A DNA stretch of 20,867 nucleotides from the IMG/VR virus record IMGVR_UViG_3300028666_000028, positions 1 to 20,867 of that record. One strand, written 5' to 3'. Shown piece after piece: positions 16,314 through 20,867 of the stretch. This DNA comes from a virus (Duplodnaviria; Heunggongvirae; Uroviricota; Caudoviricetes). Within the stretch, counting starts at the first letter, position 1. Every line of letters begins with the position of its first letter. The position numbers and the translations under genes are program-made. The notes beneath the pieces are model-generated. The model had not been told where the DNA came from. It worked only from the letters and a program-made list of their open reading frames with translations, and did not search any database.

Positions 16314-16870
16314 TTAGCAGTCTTAAGCCATTGCCAAATAGATTTTAATTTTGATATACCTTTATGAATTAATTTGACTTCTTTTGCTGGCGTAGAATAT
16401 TTTAAAGGAACTGGAAGGGTATACTGCTGTACATTTTGTTGTAAAGATGCTTGCTGTAACTGTCCTGATAAGGACAATTGAGATTGTTGCATTGCAGCCT
16501 GTTGATACTGTGCTTGTTGTTGACTTAATGCTGCACCACTTAATAATAACCCTCCAGTTAGACCACTAATACCTGATGAAGTATAAAATCCACCTTGATA
16601 AGTTTGAGAATATGTATAAGAAGGTAATACATAAGGATTTTGTTTTGCAATATATTGTGCATATTCATCACCAAATCTAGTTGTGTATTTCCAATGAATA
16701 ACCGGTGGATTATATGACATATATGCCGAATATGGAGTCGGTGTAATATATAATCCTAAACCTGTAAGATTATTTGAATCGGGAACAATATAAACAGGTG
16801 GAGTAATTAACCGTATATAACATTGCTCAAATTCTAATTGCATTCCTAATCTTTTAAATAGTTCGTTCAT
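16310..16870 (-). CDS. family-head protein fused to a Gln/Ser/Tyr-rich low-complexity tail (186 aa)
   Basis: MNELFKRLG head, HWKY, then SQQQAQYQQAAMQQSQ..., ending in amphipathic KGISKLKSIWQWLKTAK. Confidence 0.8.
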   Translation of the reverse strand: MNELFKRLGMQLEFEQCYIRLITPPVYIVPDSNNLTGLGLYITPTPYSAYMSYNPPVIHWKYTTRFGDEYAQYIAKQNPYVLPSYTYSQTYQGGFYTSSGISGLTGGLLLSGAALSQQQAQYQQAAMQQSQLSLSGQLQQASLQQNVQQYTLPVPLKYSTPAKEVKLIHKGISKLKSIWQWLKTAK

Positions 16871-17067
16871 AATATCCTCATCCTTGGGTAAGTGTTATAA
16901 AACCATTCTCCATTCCATCCAGTGGAAAATAAAGTATCACTTTTCATAGTTTGTTCTGCTTCTAATCTATTGATATACTTATATAAAAGTTTATCTGTAT
17001 TAAAAGTTAAAATAATCCCTTTTCTATAAACTGAATAATAACCTAATGATTTGAAGAGATTACCCAT
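16867..17067 (-). CDS. micro-ORF family member (66 aa, MGNLFKSLGY...EWFY)
   Basis: First gene behind the leftward promoter; family head; start could be 17085 instead. Confidence 0.6.
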   Translation of the reverse strand: MGNLFKSLGYYSVYRKGIILTFNTDKLLYKYINRLEAEQTMKSDTLFSTGWNGEWFYNTYPRMRIL

Positions 17068-17075
17068 CAATATAT

Positions 17076-17104
17076 AGTATATCATAATTATAAACTATAG
17101 TCAA
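17076..17104 (-). promoter_or_regulatory. leftward sigma70-type promoter
   Basis: TTGACT-17 nt-TATACT with TG extension. Confidence 0.75.
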
Positions 17105-17112
17105 GTTTATCC

Positions 17113-17141
17113 TTGACAAGATGAACTATAATTGATATACT
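17113..17141 (+). promoter_or_regulatory. rightward sigma70-type promoter
   Basis: TTGACA-17 nt-TATACT with TG extension. Confidence 0.8.
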
Positions 17142-17147
17142 TAGAGT

Positions 17148-17333
17148 ATGAACATAGTAAAAATTAAGAATCTAGCGGGCAGAGATATTTTTATTAATAT
17201 AGATAATATTAGTTATCTAGCATTAGATTTAATGGATACTAGTCATGTTCAAATTCATTTATCTAATACATTTCATATAGTTAAAGGTACTATAGAAGAT
17301 ACTATTAAACTATTACAAGGAAATAATAAATGA
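17148..17333 (+). CDS. small protein, FlbD-like pattern
   Basis: G-x-x-I-F-I-N-I-D-x-I...I-x-L...V-K-G-T-I-E-D pattern recalled from FlbD-family proteins. Confidence 0.55.
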   Translation: MNIVKIKNLAGRDIFINIDNISYLALDLMDTSHVQIHLSNTFHIVKGTIEDTIKLLQGNNK

Positions 17334-17518
17334 TTGAATTTGAATTAGTAGAAGCTAAGGGAGCTGCTAAAGTTAGTGTAAAGCCTGATTTTATTGAACT
17401 ATTAGTAGACATGAATGCCCTTGGACATTTGGACTGTACACAGATCACAATGCAATCAGGCACTAAATTTTTTGTAAAAGAAGCATATAACCTAGTAAAA
17501 GAAAAATTAAATAAATAA
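17330..17518 (+). CDS. small protein, FlbD-like pattern, probable paralog of 17148..17333
   Basis: V-x-P-D-x-I...T-x-I-T-M-x-S-G-x-K-x-x-V-K-E-x-x-x-x-V; ATGA overlap. Confidence 0.55.
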   Translation: MIEFELVEAKGAAKVSVKPDFIELLVDMNALGHLDCTQITMQSGTKFFVKEAYNLVKEKLNK

Positions 17519-17527
17519 AGGAGAGAT

Positions 17528-17740
17528 ATGAACCCATTTCTAATTGGACTAGCAGGAGCATTTGTAGGCGGTATTTTATTGGCAGGAGCTGTTTCATCTT
17601 TGTTCTGGTATGAAAAGAAACAAGCTAATAAGAAAGCTAATGAAGTTATTGATGATCTAAAGAAGATTTATATTAATAAATTAAATAACTTAGGTGATGT
17701 TAGTAAAGTAACAGATATTTCTAAAGTAAAAATGAATTGA
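17528..17740 (+). CDS. small membrane-anchored protein
   Basis: GGAG Shine-Dalgarno; N-terminal hydrophobic helix then Lys-rich tail. Confidence 0.75.
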   Translation: MNPFLIGLAGAFVGGILLAGAVSSLFWYEKKQANKKANEVIDDLKKIYINKLNNLGDVSKVTDISKVKMN

Positions 17741-17765
17741 CATTTAGTAGAACATATGATATACT
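17737..17765 (+). promoter_or_regulatory. sigma70-type promoter
   Basis: TTGACA-17 nt-TATACT with TG extension. Confidence 0.8.
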
Positions 17766-17770
17766 AAATA

Positions 17771-17861
17771 TGTTCTCAATCCTTACCCCTCCCGAGAGAC
17801 TCTCTTATGAGTCTCCTAGGCCTTAGAGTAAATCCTCCCCGATACTCTAAGGCCTTTTTTT
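17771..17861 (+). ncRNA. probable ~90-nt small RNA with C-rich single-stranded segments
   Basis: Bounded by a consensus promoter and an intrinsic terminator; 7-bp hairpin 17796-17815; CCTCC in the 5' strand and in the terminator loop. Confidence 0.55.
17818..17861 (+). terminator. rho-independent terminator
   Basis: 13-bp perfect stem aggccttagagta/tactctaaggcct, 12-nt loop, followed by a T-run. Confidence 0.85.
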
Positions 17862-18053
17862 ATTTCATTAAATTTAATAAGTACATTGTATAGATGATTT
17901 GTTTGGGACTAACACTCTCAACCTAATTATGTTTGCAATGGTGACTGCTCCCACAAACAAATCAATTCTATATTTTTAAATTTTCTTACCTCTTCTAAAG
18001 AGATAGATACTTTTTTACAGTTAACTTAATTGAAACTCGAAAGGAATATATCC

Positions 18054-18359
18054 ATGTCTGATCAACCACAAAAACCTATTCTATTTACTGAAGCAGAACA
18101 ACTTAAACTTCAAGAACTTCAAGCCAATGCAGAAGGTTTTAATAATTTTCAATTAGCAGTTTCACGTAGCCTACATTCTGGACAAGATACTGCTCTAATT
18201 GCAAATCTAATTACTTTTCTTAAACAAATGTCTGCACAAAGTTCACAACAAATTGAACAAATTAAAACAGATGCACAAGCACGTTCTAATGCTCTTAAAG
18301 AAGAATCTAAAGAAGAAGTTGCTAAACCTGAATTAAAAAAATCTAAGAAGGCAAGTTAA
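18054..18359 (+). CDS. hypothetical coiled-coil protein
   Basis: AAGGA Shine-Dalgarno before MSDQPQ. Confidence 0.75.
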   Translation: MSDQPQKPILFTEAEQLKLQELQANAEGFNNFQLAVSRSLHSGQDTALIANLITFLKQMSAQSSQQIEQIKTDAQARSNALKEESKEEVAKPELKKSKKAS

Positions 18360-18361
18360 TT

Positions 18362-18628
18362 ATGGTATTCAAAAAAGGTTGGTCTGAAGAAAAAAAATCA
18401 AAAGAAAAGAAAACAGTTGAAGTCAAGAAAGAAGAAACTAAGTCTCCTGAATCTCCAGTTCATAAAGCTTTCTATATTATGAAAGATAAAGGTACATGGA
18501 ACCTGGTTATGGCTGATCTTCAAGATGATAAAGTTATTAGTAAAAAAGTAAAAGATTGCGAAAACAAAGCTCTTTCACTTGAGAATTTCAAGATAGAATT
18601 TGCTCGTTTTTACTATTTCGGCAAATAA
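18362..18628 (+). CDS. hypothetical Lys-rich protein
   Basis: ORF track, colinear with neighbours. Confidence 0.75.
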   Translation: MVFKKGWSEEKKSKEKKTVEVKKEETKSPESPVHKAFYIMKDKGTWNLVMADLQDDKVISKKVKDCENKALSLENFKIEFARFYYFGK

Positions 18629-18629
18629 T

Positions 18630-18968
18630 ATGAAACATGTTAAATCACTTTTATCAAGATTACTTTATTTTCTTCGTCTAACAGATGATGATGGTTTGCT
18701 TTCTATTACTCATATCGCATGTATAATTGTATTAGTTAAAATTGCATTGAATCCTAATCCTTCAATTATAGATATGGGATCTTTACTAGTTACATTAAGT
18801 TTATACTATGGAAAACAACATCTCAATAAAAGTAAACAAGGTATAACTGACGAAAATAAACAAGCTATAGAAGATATTAAAGTTCAAGTACAGGGAATTA
18901 AAGATAAGACTGCAGGAATGGCCGCTCGTATAGGATTAACTGCACCCACTATTATTGGCGGTAAATAA
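18630..18968 (+). CDS. holin-like membrane protein
   Basis: Two hydrophobic segments after LTDDDGLLSIT and a charged C-terminal tail; function inferred from topology only. Confidence 0.45.
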   Translation: MKHVKSLLSRLLYFLRLTDDDGLLSITHIACIIVLVKIALNPNPSIIDMGSLLVTLSLYYGKQHLNKSKQGITDENKQAIEDIKVQVQGIKDKTAGMAARIGLTAPTIIGGK

Positions 18969-18971
18969 TTT

Positions 18972-19514
18972 ATGAAAATATGTTATCTTTGTAAAGTATT
19001 CAAAGATGTACTAGATTTTCCTAGAAATAAATCTACTAAAGATGGATTATCTGGACGTTGTAAACAATGTGATAATAAATTATGTTCAAATTGGAGAAGT
19101 AAAAATAAAGATAATAAAAAACAGTATTATCAAAAGAATAAGAAGAAATTATTAGAATATGATAATAATTATCGTAAAGAACGTAAATTAAAAGATATAA
19201 ATTTTAAACTTATATGTAATTTACGTACTAGATTAAAGATGGCATTAAAACAAAATAATAAATCAGGTTCTGCAGTTAGAGATCTAGGTTGTACCATTGA
19301 AAAATTAAAGGTATATCTAGAGTCCAAATGGCTTCCAGGTATGAATTGGTCTAATCATGGTAATAAAGAAGGTCAATGGTCTATTGATCATATTATTCCT
19401 TTATCTAAAGTAGATTTAACTAATAAAGAACAATTCTTAAAAGTAAATCATTATACTAATCTTCAACCAATGTGGCATATTGATAATATTAAGAAGTTTA
19501 ATAAATATGAATAA
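18972..19514 (+). CDS. HNH homing endonuclease with N-terminal zinc finger
   Basis: CYLC...CKQC; LGCT...GMNWSNHG...WSIDHIIP...HYTNLQPMW..DN..K. Confidence 0.88.
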   Translation: MKICYLCKVFKDVLDFPRNKSTKDGLSGRCKQCDNKLCSNWRSKNKDNKKQYYQKNKKKLLEYDNNYRKERKLKDINFKLICNLRTRLKMALKQNNKSGSAVRDLGCTIEKLKVYLESKWLPGMNWSNHGNKEGQWSIDHIIPLSKVDLTNKEQFLKVNHYTNLQPMWHIDNIKKFNKYE

Positions 19515-19755
19515 AGAATCTGAAGATAAACTAGAAACTATAGTACTTTCTGTTATTAATAGATTATACAGTAAAGAATCATCAATTGGTTTAGATATAG
19601 AAGATTTACGTTGTTTAGAGATAATCTATAAGATTAGTAAAGATGCAAGAAATACAAGTTCTTCTTCACTTTCTGCACCAGTTAGACCTGAAAACCTTAT
19701 TGATCTTCTAAGAGCTGTAAGAGGTATTTCAGATGACCCTACCACCATTAAGTAA
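19507..19755 (+). CDS. candidate terminase small subunit
   Basis: Small helical-looking ORF overlapping the start of terL; positional evidence only. Confidence 0.4.
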   Translation: MNKESEDKLETIVLSVINRLYSKESSIGLDIEDLRCLEIIYKISKDARNTSSSSLSAPVRPENLIDLLRAVRGISDDPTTIK

Positions 19756-20867
19756 AGAAGTTGCAGCTGAAGCTTTATGGCGCATGGGATTAACCTCCTG
19801 GAAGTTCCATCCTGCTCAATTAGATATCTATCAAGCTATAAATAATTCTACATCATCTACCTTTGTTATTAATTGCGGTAGACAGATCGGTAAATCTTAT
19901 ATGCTTTGTGGATATGCTATTGAATATGCACATCAACATCCAGGTGCTAAGATATCTTTCTTGGCTCCTACAGCTAAAGCTGTTAAGAAGATTATTCTGC
20001 CTCGTATTAAAGAAATCTTATCAGACTGTCCCAGAGATCTATTACCTGATTATAAAGTTAATGATCAAGTATATATCTTTAAGAATGGATCTGAAATACA
20101 CATAGCAGGTACTGATGCTGAACGTGCTGAGAACCTTAGAGGTCAGGTATTCCATCTAGTTATATGTGATGAGGCAGGATTTATGGATAAACTTGATTAT
20201 GTTGTATCCAGTATTCTAAGACCTCTTACAAGTACTGTTTCAGGTAAGATTATACTATCTTCCACTCCTCCTATTTCACCAGATCATCCATTTAAGAAGA
20301 TCTTTGTTGATAATGCCATTCAATCCGGTAACTATATTAAGAAGACTGTTCATGATAATCCTCTTATTCCTGAGCATATTAAACAACAATATATGCAAGA
20401 ATCTGGTGGAGCTGACAGTATAGCATGGAGAAGAGAATATCTAGCAGAGTTTGTTATTGATCAGAATGAAGCTGTGATACCTGAAGCTACTGAAAAGAAG
20501 CTAGTAGAACTAACAAAAGATATTATACCATATGTTCCTGGTGTTCAGCCTACAGATAAACAGATCATTAAACCGCCATTTTATGATGCATATACAGTAG
20601 CAGATTTAGGATATACAGATAACACAGGGATTTTATTTGGTTATTGGGATTTTTATAAAGCAGCTCTTGTAATAGAAGATGAAGCTCTTTTTAATAAACC
20701 TAATACTCAAATGATATCTAATATCATAGCTCAAAAAGAAAGCGTATTATGGAACGATAAGAAGCCATATATGCGCTTCTGTGATGGAGATCCTATTACT
20801 ATTAGTGATCTTAACACTGTTCATAAATTATCTTTTAGCCAGACTCGTAATGATGAACTAGAAGCTT
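19733..20867 (+). CDS. terL: terminase large subunit, 3' end outside window
   Basis: Hand translation: GAGGT Shine-Dalgarno, HPAQ, Walker A CGRQIGKS, LAPT, LRG...ICDEAG Walker B, SSTP coupling motif, nuclease-domain ADLG; open to the right edge. Confidence 0.93.
   Translation, partial: MTLPPLSKEVAAEALWRMGLTSWKFHPAQLDIYQAINNSTSSTFVINCGRQIGKSYMLCGYAIEYAHQHPGAKISFLAPTAKAVKKIILPRIKEILSDCPRDLLPDYKVNDQVYIFKNGSEIHIAGTDAERAENLRGQVFHLVICDEAGFMDKLDYVVSSILRPLTSTVSGKIILSSTPPISPDHPFKKIFVDNAIQSGNYIKKTVHDNPLIPEHIKQQYMQESGGADSIAWRREYLAEFVIDQNEAVIPEATEKKLVELTKDIIPYVPGVQPTDKQIIKPPFYDAYTVADLGYTDNTGILFGYWDFYKAALVIEDEALFNKPNTQMISNIIAQKESVLWNDKKPYMRFCDGDPITISDLNTVHKLSFSQTRNDELEA

Noticed and set aside
4387-20105. 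Same-strand nested track ORFs 4387..4671 and 19863..20105
   Set aside because: Alternative frames entirely inside the MoxR ATPase and terL genes
1-20867. DGR template repeat or reverse transcriptase within the window
   Set aside because: By eye, no second copy of the 1208-1342 sequence and no ORF with an RT YxDD context; not confirmed computationally
1-20867. Stop-codon reassignment to explain the many short ORFs
   Set aside because: Long conserved genes (helicase, ATPases, terL) are uninterrupted in the standard code, and the short ORFs have their own conserved starts and end in all three stop codons

Overview
This is a fragment of an AT-rich (roughly 30% GC) tailed-phage genome using the standard genetic code; no tRNA, rRNA, CRISPR array or reverse transcriptase is visible. 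Back-to-back sigma70-type promoters at about 17076-17141 split the window. Rightward lie small genes, a probable ~90-nt sRNA, a holin-like gene, an HNH endonuclease, a terS candidate and the terminase large subunit (runs off the right edge). Leftward lies a long early/middle region with a T3-like SAM lyase, a lone sigma70 region-4 HTH protein, a collagen-like lipoprotein, a PilZ-domain protein, an AAA ATPase, a MoxR-type ATPase plus VWA/HExxH partner with a gutted endonuclease between them, an FGE/CLec protein whose 3' end looks like a DGR variable region, and an SF2 helicase (runs off the left edge). The most unusual signal is largely missed by the ORF track: about 23 paralogous, mostly 35-78 aa, Tyr/Trp-rich micro-ORFs with the N-terminal motif M-N-x-L-(V/F/I/C)-x-Q-(L/F)-(G/N)-Y and a late (I/L/V)-W-x-Y motif. 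They occur in tandem overlapping arrays and singly between larger genes. All translations and pairings were read by hand, and family names come from motif recall, not searches.
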